Shown here: positions 18,408 through 27,559 of the stretch, piece after piece
Position numbering within the stretch: the stretch's first letter is position 1
Layout of the letters: each line of letters opens with the position of its first letter
From: Verrucomicrobiota bacterium
GTDB taxonomy: Bacteria; Verrucomicrobiota; Verrucomicrobiia; Limisphaerales; JAEYXS01
Assembly (NCBI GenBank): GCA_023431185.1
Contig: JAEYXS010000065.1
Location: forward strand, 142,057-206,056
Direction of reading: 5' to 3'
Length of the DNA: 64,000 nt
The notes under the pieces: generated by a model
What the model was told of the DNA's origin: nothing
The model's database searches: none
Seen by the model: the letters and a program-made list of their open reading frames with translations, nothing else
Program-made: the position numbers and the translations under genes

Positions 18408-19384
18408 GGTATCTGAAATTCATCTTGAGCGGTTGTCTATGGCTGCTGGCGCTGAGCCAGGTGCAAGCCAATGGAACGGACCGTCCTACGGTCTTCGTAG
18501 TGGTCGGTGCGGCGGGTGAGGATGTCTATGGCAGCCAGTTCGTGAAGTGGGCGGGCCATTGGCGCGAAGCGGCGACGAAGGCAGGTGCAAGTTTTGTTGC
18601 AGTGGGCCTGGACACGGACCAGAACAAAGACCGCGAAGACTTTCAGGCCAAATTGACAGCCGAACGGAAGGAGGGAGCGGGGGAGTTGTGGCTGGTGTTG
18701 CTGGGGCACGGCACCTTTGATGGCAAGGAGGCGAAGTTCAATCTGCGCGGTACGGATTTCAATGCGGAGGAATTGGCAGAATGGCTCAAGCCATTTCAGC
18801 GCCCCATCGCGGTGATCAACACCTCGGCGGCGAGCGCCCCCTATCTTTCCAAGCTGTCATTGTCCGGGCGCGTGGTCATCGCCGCGACGAAGAGCGGGTA
18901 TGAGGTGAACTACGCGCGCTTCGGGGAATACATCTCGAAGGCCATCGCAGACAAGGAAGCAGATCTGGACAAGGACGGGCAGACCTCTTTGCTGGAGGCG
19001 TATCTGATGGCGTCGCGCCAGGTGGCGGAGTATTACGAAACTGAAGGCCGTATCATGACGGAGCATTCGCTGCTGGATGATAATGGCGATGGCTTGGGGA
19101 CACCGGCGGACTGGTTCCGTGGAGTGCGGGCGACGAAGAAGGCCAGCAACAATACGGAATTGGACGGTTTCCGGGCTCATCAGTTCCATCTGGTGCGCAG
19201 TGCCGAGGAACAGAAGATGCCTGCGGAGTTGCGGGTGAAGCGTGATGAACTGGAATTGAGCCTGAACAAGCTGCGTGAGAAGAAAAGCAGCATGAAAGGT
19301 GTGGATTACGACAAGGAGTTGGAGACGCTGCTGCTCCAGTTGGCGCGGGTATACGAAAAGGCGGGACTGCTGAAGCAGGAGTGA
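18404..19384 (+). CDS. secreted hypothetical protein, last gene of the MoxR/Bat-type operon
   Basis: Start trimmed to the ATG at 18404 (ATGA overlap). Signal peptide MRYLKFILSGCLWLLALSQVQA. DxDxDG-type loops (DLDKDGQTSLLE, DDNGDG). C-terminal coiled coil. Confidence 0.7.
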   Translation: MRYLKFILSGCLWLLALSQVQANGTDRPTVFVVVGAAGEDVYGSQFVKWAGHWREAATKAGASFVAVGLDTDQNKDREDFQAKLTAERKEGAGELWLVLLGHGTFDGKEAKFNLRGTDFNAEELAEWLKPFQRPIAVINTSAASAPYLSKLSLSGRVVIAATKSGYEVNYARFGEYISKAIADKEADLDKDGQTSLLEAYLMASRQVAEYYETEGRIMTEHSLLDDNGDGLGTPADWFRGVRATKKASNNTELDGFRAHQFHLVRSAEEQKMPAELRVKRDELELSLNKLREKKSSMKGVDYDKELETLLLQLARVYEKAGLLKQE

Positions 19385-19493
19385 GTTGGGGGTTGTTGGT
19401 AAAGGATTGAGGGCAACCAGGTTAATTGTGCGGAATCTCATTTACAAGCCGGCCTCAATCGTCTGACTATCGGGGCATCGCCGCGAAGCACGC

Positions 19494-20045
19494 TTGGACA
19501 CTGATACCGATAAAACCTTGAGCAAATTGGGCTCCGGGCTGAGTGCAGAATCTCTGCGCCAGTTGGGCTACCTGTTTTGTCTCATCGAGTTGAAGCACGG
19601 GGAAACCTTGTGTGAATCCGGCCGCCATTCCCAGTCCCTCTACGTCCTGCACAGCGGTGTCTTGCGCGTATCGGTGAAACGCGGGACCAGCGTGGTGCAT
19701 GTGCCGGCCATGCGGCGGGGCGATTGGGTGGGCGAGGTCTGCCTGCTGGACCCCGGTCCGGCCACGGCGGATGTGTCGGTCCTCGGCAGCGCCGCAGTGC
19801 TGGAGTTCACGCATGAGGCACTGAAGAATTTCATGACCCGTGATCCGGTGGGAGCGAGCCAGTTGCTATCCACGCTCATGACCGATCTGGCGCAACGTCT
19901 GCATCGTACGAGTGACAGCCTTATCAAGTTCGAACGCAGCACCGCCTTGCTCGCCGATCCGCCGGTCGAGAAAAAAGCGACTGAAGTGGAAGGGCTGTTC
20001 GCCCATCTCTTTGGTATCCATAAAAATCAACCGCACGCCAAGTGA
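19494..20045 (+). CDS. stand-alone cyclic-nucleotide-binding (CAP effector) domain protein
   Basis: 183 aa with a TTG start, so the start is uncertain. The pattern GETLCESG...LYVLHSGVLRV...GDWVGEVCLL is typical of cNMP-binding beta-rolls. No output domain. Confidence 0.65.
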   Translation: MDTDTDKTLSKLGSGLSAESLRQLGYLFCLIELKHGETLCESGRHSQSLYVLHSGVLRVSVKRGTSVVHVPAMRRGDWVGEVCLLDPGPATADVSVLGSAAVLEFTHEALKNFMTRDPVGASQLLSTLMTDLAQRLHRTSDSLIKFERSTALLADPPVEKKATEVEGLFAHLFGIHKNQPHAK

Positions 20046-20500
20046 ACCGTGCGTCCAAACCTCCTGAGCAATTGCCTGTCATCGACTGGGCGGCGCTCCG
20101 GCATCATCTGCCGGTGGAGGCGGCGGCGGATGGGCAGGTGTTCTTCCGTGAAGGGGAGGAGTGCCATAAAGGGGGACGCGCCATATACGCGGTCATTTTC
20201 GGTCAGGTTGAAATATCTTCCCAAGGGGCCGGTGGCCGTGTGCCGATCGTACGCACGTTGAAGCCGGGAGACATCTTCGGCCTGGTGGGATTTCTGGCCA
20301 CGGACCGGCACACGGCCACTTGCAAGGCGAAGGGGGAGACCCAGGTGGTGATCATCACTGCGGAAAAGCTCAAGGAGCTGCAAAGCAAGAACCCGGTGGT
20401 GCATACCCAGTTGCTATGGGCCTGTGCGAACCAGCTCGCGCGAGATCTGCGCGCCTGCAATGAGCGTCTGCTCACGGCCTTGGGCAATGCCCGGCACTGA
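20042..20500 (+). CDS. second stand-alone cyclic-nucleotide-binding domain protein
   Basis: 152 aa. The GTG start overlaps the upstream stop (GTGA). The sequence is FFREGEECH...IYAVIFGQVEI...LKPGDIFGLVGFL. Confidence 0.65.
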   Translation: MNRASKPPEQLPVIDWAALRHHLPVEAAADGQVFFREGEECHKGGRAIYAVIFGQVEISSQGAGGRVPIVRTLKPGDIFGLVGFLATDRHTATCKAKGETQVVIITAEKLKELQSKNPVVHTQLLWACANQLARDLRACNERLLTALGNARH

Positions 20501-20566
20501 GGCACGCTGCTTCACCTGCGGTTTTTCCTCCCGCTTACCGGTGATTCCGTCTAGCCTGCCTACGCA

Positions 20567-21433
20567 ATGGCATTTATTGGCAAACGCAACCTCCTCCCGA
20601 TCATCCGGGAATCCGCGCCCGGGCTTTATCTCGACGCGGGTGAGCTGGGTGAGATCCTTTTGCCGCGCCGTTACATCCCGCGTGACATCGCCCCGAAGGA
20701 CAAGCTGGACGTGTTTCTCTATCGCGATTCCGAAGACCGTCTCGTGGCCACCACGGAAGTGCCGTATGCGGAGGTGGGCCAGTTCGCGACGCTGGAAGTC
20801 ATCAGCATCAATCCCAAGGTGGGGGCGTTTCTGGATTGGGGACTCGGCAAGGACCTGCTGCTGCCTTTCCGTGAGCATGAGAGTCCGTTGCGCGTCGGCC
20901 AGTGGGTGGTCGTCTATGTGGTGCTGGATCCCAAGTCGGACCGCATCATCGCGAGTGCGCGGCTGGGGCGTCATCTCAGCAAGGAAGCGCCTGGTTATCG
21001 CGATGGCCAGCCGGTGGACCTCCTCATCACCAGTGAAACGGAGATGGGCTACAATGCGATTGTCGAGGGGGCTCATCGCGGCCTGCTCTACAAGGACAAC
21101 CTCGCGAGCCCGTTGCAGATCGGGGAGCGGATCAAGGGGTTTGTGCGTACCATCCGTCCCGGCGGCAAGATTGATCTCAGCCTGGATGCTTCCGGTTATC
21201 AGCGCGTTGCTTCGCTGACGGACAAGATCGTGCAGGCCTTGGAGCGGCATCACGGGCATCTGGCCTTTGATGATGACAGTTCGCCGGAGGCCATCCGGCA
21301 GACTTTCGGCGTGAGCAAGAAAGCCTTCAAACAGGCGCTCGGTACGCTCTACAAGAGCCGGCGTATCCGGTTCAAGAAACCGGGCATCGAGTTGCTGGAT
21401 AACTCTGCCTGGCAGCCGGGCAAGGAAGGATGA
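20567..21433 (+). CDS. S1-like RNA-binding protein, CvfB/YitL family
   Basis: 288 aa. N-terminal GLYLDAGELGEILLPRRYIP and repeated S1-like segments. C-terminal winged-helix-like SKKAFKQALGTLYKSRRI. Confidence 0.8.
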   Translation: MAFIGKRNLLPIIRESAPGLYLDAGELGEILLPRRYIPRDIAPKDKLDVFLYRDSEDRLVATTEVPYAEVGQFATLEVISINPKVGAFLDWGLGKDLLLPFREHESPLRVGQWVVVYVVLDPKSDRIIASARLGRHLSKEAPGYRDGQPVDLLITSETEMGYNAIVEGAHRGLLYKDNLASPLQIGERIKGFVRTIRPGGKIDLSLDASGYQRVASLTDKIVQALERHHGHLAFDDDSSPEAIRQTFGVSKKAFKQALGTLYKSRRIRFKKPGIELLDNSAWQPGKEG

Positions 21434-21561
21434 GGTTTATTGGGGATTAAGCCTGCATCCTGTTCATAGTCGCTGTCGGCGCCAGTCTTTACCGGCTGAT
21501 TGATGCGTTCGAATCTCCAGTTGGCAGGCTCGATCTGCCTTATTTTCAGACTTCCCTTTTG

Positions 21562-21597
21562 GCGCACGGCTCCTAAAGTCGTGCGCTTTGAATTTTT
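21562..21597 (+). terminator. stem-loop GCGCACG-N11-CGTGCGC followed by TTTGAATTTTT
   Basis: Perfect 7-bp GC-rich stem plus a T-rich tail, 130 nt after the cvfB stop and 23 nt before the tkt start. Confidence 0.45.
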
Positions 21598-21619
21598 GAG
21601 ATACAACTGAACTAGAGAT

Positions 21620-23698
21620 ATGGGAGCAGATACATCTGTCGCACAAGCCGTAGTGGCCCCGCCACTGAAACCGCAGTCCATGAAGGTCAAACTGGCCCCG
21701 GCACCGGGTCAGCCGAAGTTCGCCGTCCGGGTGAAAAGTGTTACGGGCCAGGAAGTTGTGGCGGGTGATCCCCGTGCCACCCGCGCCTTGGTCGCGCTGA
21801 TGGATGTGCACGCCGTGGTCGGTGGCGCTGCCTGCCATTGGGGTGGTCCGGCTGCCTTCGCGGAGATCAATGCCGCCATCCACGCCCTGATGTTCTCGGT
21901 CAAGGGTGCCCAGTGGCATGAGGTTTACAATTTCGTCAACGACGCCGGTCACGCGGAGAACGGCATCTATGCCTTGCGCGCGAACTACGGTTTCGATGGC
22001 ATGACGCTGGATTCCCTGAAGGGTTTCCGCGGCATCCACAGCAAGCTCACGGGTCACGGTGAGTCCCACCTGAATCCGGAAGGCGTCCTCCTGAGCAACG
22101 GTCCGCTCAGCTCGGCCGTGCCGCAGGCGCAAGGCCTGGCGATGGCCGACAAGGTCGTGGGCAATGACCGCGTGACGATCATCACGGTGTCCGACGGTGC
22201 CTCGATGGAAGGTGAAGCGAAGGAAGCGTTCGCGGCCATTCCGGGTCTCGCTGCCAAGGGCAAGGTGAACCCGTTCGTCATGATCCTGTCCGACAACGAT
22301 ACGAAGCTCTCGGGCCGTATCACGAAGGATTCCTTCTCCATGCAGCCGACCTTTGAGGCGATGGATGACCTCGGCTGGAAAGTCACGAAGATCGAGAACG
22401 GTCACGATCTGCAAGGGGTCTTTAATGCATTGGAAAAAGCGGTGGCAGATGCCAAGGCGAATCCGAAGCAGCCGGTCTGCCTGTGGGTGAAGACGATCAA
22501 GGGTTACGGCATCAAGTCCACGGTGGAAAATGCCGCCGGTGGTCACGGCTTCCCGCTCGCTAACGGTGAGAAGATCGGCGACTGGATCACGGAGCTTTAT
22601 GCCGGTTCCACCGCACCGGAAGAACTCGTGAACTGGGGCAAGGCGTTGCGTGCGGATTGGGAAAAGGCCGAGGCCGCCAAGAAGGCCAAGGCGGAAGCCG
22701 CTGCGGCGAATCCGGCTCCAGCCGCTCCGGCAGTGAAGAAGGACAAGATCCAAGCCGGTCTGGCCAAGGCGGCCATCAAGGCCGCTGTGGATGGTTATCC
22801 GGTTTACTCCGTTTCCTCGGACGTGCAAGGCTCCACGGGCATCGCGCCGTTCCAGAAGACGTTCCCGGAACGTTTCGTGGAAGTGGGTATCGCGGAAGCG
22901 AACATGGTGAGCGTGGGCGCGGGCTTCTCGAAGCTCGGCTTCATCCCCATCGTGGACACGTTCGGCCAGTTCGGGGTGACGAAGGGCAACCTGCCTCTCA
23001 CGATGGCGGCGCTTTCACAAGCTCCGGTCATCGCGATGTTCTCGCACGTCGGTTTCCAGGACGCCGCTGACGGTGCTTCGCACCAGGCGACGACTTACTT
23101 CGCCGCTGTGTCCGCCATCCCGCATACGGTGGTCATCGCGCCGTCCTGCTCGGACGAAGCGGAAGCGCTGATGTATGCCGCTATCAAGAAGATCGCGGAC
23201 GATCGCAAGGCGGGCAAAGATGGTGAATCCGCCATCTTCTTCGTGGGCCGTGAGAATTATCCGCTCTACTGGGTGGAAGGCTCGAAGTATGAGTGGGGCA
23301 AGGCGCAGGTCATCTCGCAAGGCTCGGACGTGGTGCTTATCGGCTGCGGTCCGTTGTTGAACAAGGCGATCGAGGCGGCGAAGAAATTGAAGGCCAAGGG
23401 CATCAACGCCACGGTCATCAACAATCCGTTCGTGAACCTTGTGGACCTCGAAACCATCGGTGCGGCGGTGAAGGCCGCGAATGGCCGCTTGGTGACGATC
23501 GAAGATCACCAGATCGTCGGCGGCATGGGCGCGCAAGTGTCGCACGCGTTGTCGAACGCGGGCATCGCGCATCGCGTGAAGACGCTGGGCATCCATGGCG
23601 AATTCGGCCAGTCCGCCTACCTCGCGGAAGAGCTCTACGTGAAGCACGGCCTGACCGCGGACAAGATGGTGGAAGCGGCGGAAGCGCTGATGAAGTAA
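21620..23698 (+). CDS. tkt: transketolase-family protein (long PVC-type)
   Basis: 692 aa. TPP-binding half (VSDGASMEGEAKEAF...ILSDNDTKLSG). Pyrimidine-binding half (EVGIAEANMVSVGAGFSKLGFIPIVDTFGQF). A C-terminal domain is also present. Confidence 0.8.
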   Translation: MGADTSVAQAVVAPPLKPQSMKVKLAPAPGQPKFAVRVKSVTGQEVVAGDPRATRALVALMDVHAVVGGAACHWGGPAAFAEINAAIHALMFSVKGAQWHEVYNFVNDAGHAENGIYALRANYGFDGMTLDSLKGFRGIHSKLTGHGESHLNPEGVLLSNGPLSSAVPQAQGLAMADKVVGNDRVTIITVSDGASMEGEAKEAFAAIPGLAAKGKVNPFVMILSDNDTKLSGRITKDSFSMQPTFEAMDDLGWKVTKIENGHDLQGVFNALEKAVADAKANPKQPVCLWVKTIKGYGIKSTVENAAGGHGFPLANGEKIGDWITELYAGSTAPEELVNWGKALRADWEKAEAAKKAKAEAAAANPAPAAPAVKKDKIQAGLAKAAIKAAVDGYPVYSVSSDVQGSTGIAPFQKTFPERFVEVGIAEANMVSVGAGFSKLGFIPIVDTFGQFGVTKGNLPLTMAALSQAPVIAMFSHVGFQDAADGASHQATTYFAAVSAIPHTVVIAPSCSDEAEALMYAAIKKIADDRKAGKDGESAIFFVGRENYPLYWVEGSKYEWGKAQVISQGSDVVLIGCGPLLNKAIEAAKKLKAKGINATVINNPFVNLVDLETIGAAVKAANGRLVTIEDHQIVGGMGAQVSHALSNAGIAHRVKTLGIHGEFGQSAYLAEELYVKHGLTADKMVEAAEALMK

Positions 23699-23725
23699 AG
23701 CAGAGACGGTTTTTAACATTTCACA

Positions 23726-23760
23726 CCCCGCGTTCTGCAAAGGGCGCGGGGTTTTCTTTT
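23726..23760 (+). terminator. intrinsic terminator CCCCGCG-N12-CGCGGGG-TTTTCTTTT
   Basis: 7-bp GC stem plus a T run, 28 nt after the tkt stop and between convergent genes. Confidence 0.6.
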
Positions 23761-23762
23761 CG

Positions 23763-25157
23763 CTAAACCGTCTCCTTCTGGCCCAATTCGGGTACGATCA
23801 CTTTTGCGCCGGGCTTTAGTTGCTTCAGGGTTTCGGCGAAGGGCAGGGATTGCTCTTCTTCGCCGTGGACGACGAAGATCTTCTTGATGTCGCCAGTCAG
23901 CTTGCGGACGTAGTTCTTGAGTTCGTATTGGTCGGCGTGCCCAGAGAAGGAATCGACCGCCTCGATGCGGGCGCGGACCTGGTGGGGCTCACCGAAGATG
24001 TTCACCGGATTTTTACCGGAGCGGATCTGGGCACCAAGGGTGTGCTCGGCGCAGAAGCCGATGAAGAGGACGAGGGTGGAGGAATCGCCGATGTGATTCT
24101 TCAAGTGATGCCGTACGCGCCCCGCCTCGCACATGCCGGAGGCACTGATGATGATGGCGGGTTCCTTGAGGTCGTTCAGCTTCATGGACTGGGTCATCTC
24201 CCGGATGTAGGTGAGATTCTCCATGCCGAAGGGGTTGGCCTTGTTCCGCAGGAAATCGTAGGTCTTTTCGTTGAAGCATTCGGGATGCAGCCGGTAGATC
24301 TCCGTGGCGTTCACGCTGAGCGGGCTGTCCACAAAGATGGGGATACGGGGCAGCTTGCCTTCTTCGCTCAGTTGGTTGAGCGCGAAGACGATGTCTTGCG
24401 TGCGGCCCACGGAGAAGGCGGGGATGATGATCTTGCCGCTTTTTTCGACGGTCTGTTTGACGAGTTCCAAGACCTTGTCGTAACTGCCGGACTTGGCGGT
24501 ATGGCTGCGGTTGCCGTAAGTGCTCTCGATCTGGAGGAAGTCCACGTCCTCCACGGGTTCGGGATCGCGGAGGATGTCGTCCTCGCCGCGGCCGATGTCG
24601 CCGGAGAAGAGGTAGCGGTATTTGCGGCCGTTCTCACGGATATCGAGCACGACTTGCGCGGAGCCGAGGATGTGGCCCGCGTCCTTGAAGGTCAGCGTCA
24701 CACCATCGCCGATGGGCATGGGACGGTCGTAACCGAAGGAGACGAACTGGCGGGTGGCGAGTTCGGCATCCTCTATGGAATAGAGCGGTTCCACGGGCGG
24801 CTTGCCTTGTTTGGCGCGCTTCTTGGAGACGTATTGCGCGTCCGCCTGCTGGATCTTGGCGGAGTCGGCGAGCATGATGCCGGCGAGATCGCGGGTGGCG
24901 AAGGTGCAGTAGATGTTCCCGCGAAAGCCCTGTTTGCAGAGGTTGGGAAAATTGCCGCAGTGATCGATGTGCGCGTGGCTGAGGATGGCGCAATCGATCT
25001 TCGAGGGATCGAACTGGAAGCAGCAATTGCGCGAGGTCATCTCTTCGCGATGGCCCTGGAAGAGGCCGCACTCGAGGAGGATGCGCTGGCCGTTCACCTC
25101 CAAAAGAAATTGCGAACCGGTGGTGGTACGGGTGGCCCCGAGGAACTGGATTTGCAT
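23763..25157 (-). CDS. MBL-fold metallo-hydrolase of the beta-CASP RNA-metabolising type
   Basis: 464 aa. Contains HAHIDHCG (HxHxDH), a beta-CASP region, and C-terminal SGHADQYEL. Confidence 0.85.
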   Translation of the reverse strand: MQIQFLGATRTTTGSQFLLEVNGQRILLECGLFQGHREEMTSRNCCFQFDPSKIDCAILSHAHIDHCGNFPNLCKQGFRGNIYCTFATRDLAGIMLADSAKIQQADAQYVSKKRAKQGKPPVEPLYSIEDAELATRQFVSFGYDRPMPIGDGVTLTFKDAGHILGSAQVVLDIRENGRKYRYLFSGDIGRGEDDILRDPEPVEDVDFLQIESTYGNRSHTAKSGSYDKVLELVKQTVEKSGKIIIPAFSVGRTQDIVFALNQLSEEGKLPRIPIFVDSPLSVNATEIYRLHPECFNEKTYDFLRNKANPFGMENLTYIREMTQSMKLNDLKEPAIIISASGMCEAGRVRHHLKNHIGDSSTLVLFIGFCAEHTLGAQIRSGKNPVNIFGEPHQVRARIEAVDSFSGHADQYELKNYVRKLTGDIKKIFVVHGEEEQSLPFAETLKQLKPGAKVIVPELGQKETV

Positions 25158-25512
25158 GGGGAAAGAATGAAAATTTAGGAGAGTGATGTCGAGAGTGGAG
25201 TCGGTGGAAAATCGGGCGGGGAATGTAACGGGAGAGATTTATCAGCCACAGATGAAACACGGATTTAACACAGATGGGGAAAACCACAGCCCCGACAGTA
25301 GCCTGGGTGAAAATACGCTGAATACGCAGATGGGGAAGGGAATGGCCGCAAGTAAGCGCAAAAGGCGCAAAAAGGGAAGAGTCGAGGACGACGACGCCCC
25401 GACTTATCAGCACGGGTTCAGAACGAGGACGATTACGACGTGGAGGGCAAAGAAAGCATAGGGATTGTTCTCGGCGTTTTATTTCGGCAGACTGCGGGAC
25501 AACGAAACGATC

Positions 25513-25941
25513 ATGTCGCAATCATCCTCATCGTCGCCTAAAGAATTACCGGGTTTACGGGTCACCGTGGACAAGGTGGTCTATACGCAGCATCCTTCCG
25601 CGCCGCCAGACCGGCCGCATTGTTTTGTCTATTTCGTCACCATCCACAATGACAGCGAGCGCGTGGTGACCATCCAGCGGCGCAAGTGGGTGATCAAGGA
25701 TGATACGAAGGACATGGTGATCGTGGAGGGTGATGGCGTGGTGGGCCAGACGCCGACGATCATTCCGGGTGATAATTTTTCTTACAACAGCTTTCACCTG
25801 ATGGCGGGGAAGCATGCCGTGGCCGAGGGGGCGTATCTGGGGCAGGACGATGAGGGCAATGCGGTGGTGGTGCGGATACCGAAGTTTGAGATGAAGGTGC
25901 CGAAGATGCAAGGGGGCGGGGAGGGGAAGATGTGGGCGTGA
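25513..25941 (+). CDS. apaG: ApaG (DUF525) domain protein
   Basis: Start trimmed to the ATG at 25513. The sequence FVYFVTIHNDSERVVTIQRRKWVIKD...GDGVVGQTPTIIPGDNFSYNS matches the ApaG fold signature. Confidence 0.8.
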   Translation: MSQSSSSSPKELPGLRVTVDKVVYTQHPSAPPDRPHCFVYFVTIHNDSERVVTIQRRKWVIKDDTKDMVIVEGDGVVGQTPTIIPGDNFSYNSFHLMAGKHAVAEGAYLGQDDEGNAVVVRIPKFEMKVPKMQGGGEGKMWA

Positions 25942-26031
25942 GTGAAGGATTGCGTAATCAGTGCGCCGTCGACGTTTGGCAATCACATTGTGACTTGCAC
26001 CTGGGGGCTTCCTGCGTTTCATTCCGGGGCG

Positions 26032-26811
26032 ATGAGTGAAACGCCCATTCAACGGTTGCTGCTGAACAAAGGTTCCTATTTTGGCGAGACGATTGATATC
26101 GTCAAAGTGTTGGAGGCCGCTGTGACGGTGGCGAAGAGATTTGGCTGGGAGACGGAGCAGCTTCGCTGCACGGAGGATCTATGCTTGTGGGTGTTTCATA
26201 GATCAGTGGCCAATCCCCGGAGGCGTATCTATATCTCCACGGGCATGCATGGGGACGAACCGGCGGGACCGTTGGCGGCGTTGCGATTGCTGGAGGAGAA
26301 TCAATGGCCGGAAGATGCAGAGGTGTGGCTCTTGCCCTGTCTGAATCCCACCGGCTTTCCCGCCAATACCCGGGAGAACCGCAACAAGGTGGATCTGAAC
26401 CGCGAGTATCACGGTTCAAAAGAGCCGGAGGTGGTCGCCCATATAGCGTGGCTGGAAAAGCAGCCGAAGTATGACGTGGCGCTGTGCCTGCACGAGGATT
26501 GGGAGAGTCATGGCTTCTATGTCTATGAACTGAATCCCGATGGCCGACCTTCGTATGCTGAGCTGATGATCGAGGCGGTGCGGCCGGTTTGTCCAATTGA
26601 TCTGTCGAGCGAAATCGAGGGACGGCCAGCGCAGGGCGGAATCATCCGGCCCAGCATTGATCCGCTATCGCGGCCGCAATGGCCGGAGGCGTTTTACCTG
26701 CTGCAGTACAAGACGCGCCTGTCTTACACACTGGAGGCCCCCTCGGATTATCCCTTGAAGCCGAGAGTGGATGCGCTGGTGGCGGGGACGAGGGTGGCTT
26801 TGGAGAGATGA
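26032..26811 (+). CDS. M14-family zinc carboxypeptidase-like protein
   Basis: Start trimmed to the ATG at 26032; a GTG at 25942 is an alternative. HGDEPAG is the HxxE zinc motif. LNPTGF, VDLNREY and LCLHED are also present. Confidence 0.7.
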   Translation: MSETPIQRLLLNKGSYFGETIDIVKVLEAAVTVAKRFGWETEQLRCTEDLCLWVFHRSVANPRRRIYISTGMHGDEPAGPLAALRLLEENQWPEDAEVWLLPCLNPTGFPANTRENRNKVDLNREYHGSKEPEVVAHIAWLEKQPKYDVALCLHEDWESHGFYVYELNPDGRPSYAELMIEAVRPVCPIDLSSEIEGRPAQGGIIRPSIDPLSRPQWPEAFYLLQYKTRLSYTLEAPSDYPLKPRVDALVAGTRVALER

Positions 26812-27454
26812 CCGGCGACTGAATCCGAATGCTCCGGTGTGTTGTTTGATTCAACTCAAGCACCGAGTCTTAACGTGCTGGGGTGCTGAACTCAGGGCGA
26901 AAGGCGGCCATAATTCCGGAGGGAATTCCGGTGTAAAGGAAGATGGTCGCAGCGGACTTCGATAACGCCAACAAATTGGCCAACGGCCACCAAGAATCAC
27001 CGAAGCGCAGACAGTATCCGGTCTCGGATTCAGTCGTGGCAAGCCAACCGCACAACCCCAGCCAGAGAAACGCGAAGGGACCGCTTAGAACTTTGGCGCT
27101 GAGAGGGCAATTTGTTTAAATTTTGTCTCCATGGAGCGCACCGGCCGCACCGAAGGCTAACGGGATTGGCAGACTATTGGCAGATTGGCACCCGAAAACA
27201 GTTCATTTTGTGTGAACGTAATGGAACGGAGTGGAACGCAAGGTTAGCGGAAAATCGGAGAAGCTGGCAGGATGCGGGCATGGGAAAGAATGCTGAATGG
27301 AGAAGGTAGAAGGAAGAAAGGGGGCAAAAAAAATGAATTTTGTGTAGTTGTACGTGTTATAGCGAGCGGAAGAGTAACGGAGCCGGAAGGTTTGTGACAG
27401 ATTGGGCGTAGATGAAGACGGAGAATAGCGAATGTCGAGAGACGGAGACGAAAT

Positions 27455-27490
27455 CGAGGACGACGAGGACGACGAGGACGAAGGACGAGC
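27455..27490. repeat. 9-bp tandem repeat (CGAGGACGA x3 plus a degenerate fourth unit)
   Basis: Read directly at 27455-27481, followed by AGGACGAGC. Lies in a long intergenic region. Confidence 0.75.
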
Positions 27491-27559
27491 ACGATTTAAG
27501 TGGGCTTGTCGGCGGGGGTGGTTATGTGGAGGATGCGCGGGATTTCGATTTATTAAGTC

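Noticed and set aside
21495-21520. GCGTTCGAATCTCC, a T-loop-like GTTCGAATC string suggesting a tRNA
   Set aside because: The flanking bases do not form a T-stem, and no acceptor, D or anticodon arms can be drawn. I found no tRNA anywhere in the window.
23820-25178. 452-aa plus-strand ORF, plus similar long shadows at 6996-7886, 21464-22828, 27203-28351, 28846-29754, 32260-33549, 35092-36426, 37725-38963, 41482-42630, 42631-43725, 49478-50944, 51548-52489, 53609-54496, 59805-60947 and 62756-63766
   Set aside because: Each lies antisense to, or out of frame with, a gene carrying clear family motifs. Their translations are low-complexity (R/G/A/H/L/P-rich) without domains.
26851-27309. Short ORFs (61-65 aa) inside the 748-bp intergenic region
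   Set aside because: They overlap each other on both strands, lack plausible starts or RBS, and have skew-driven composition. There is no evidence they encode proteins.
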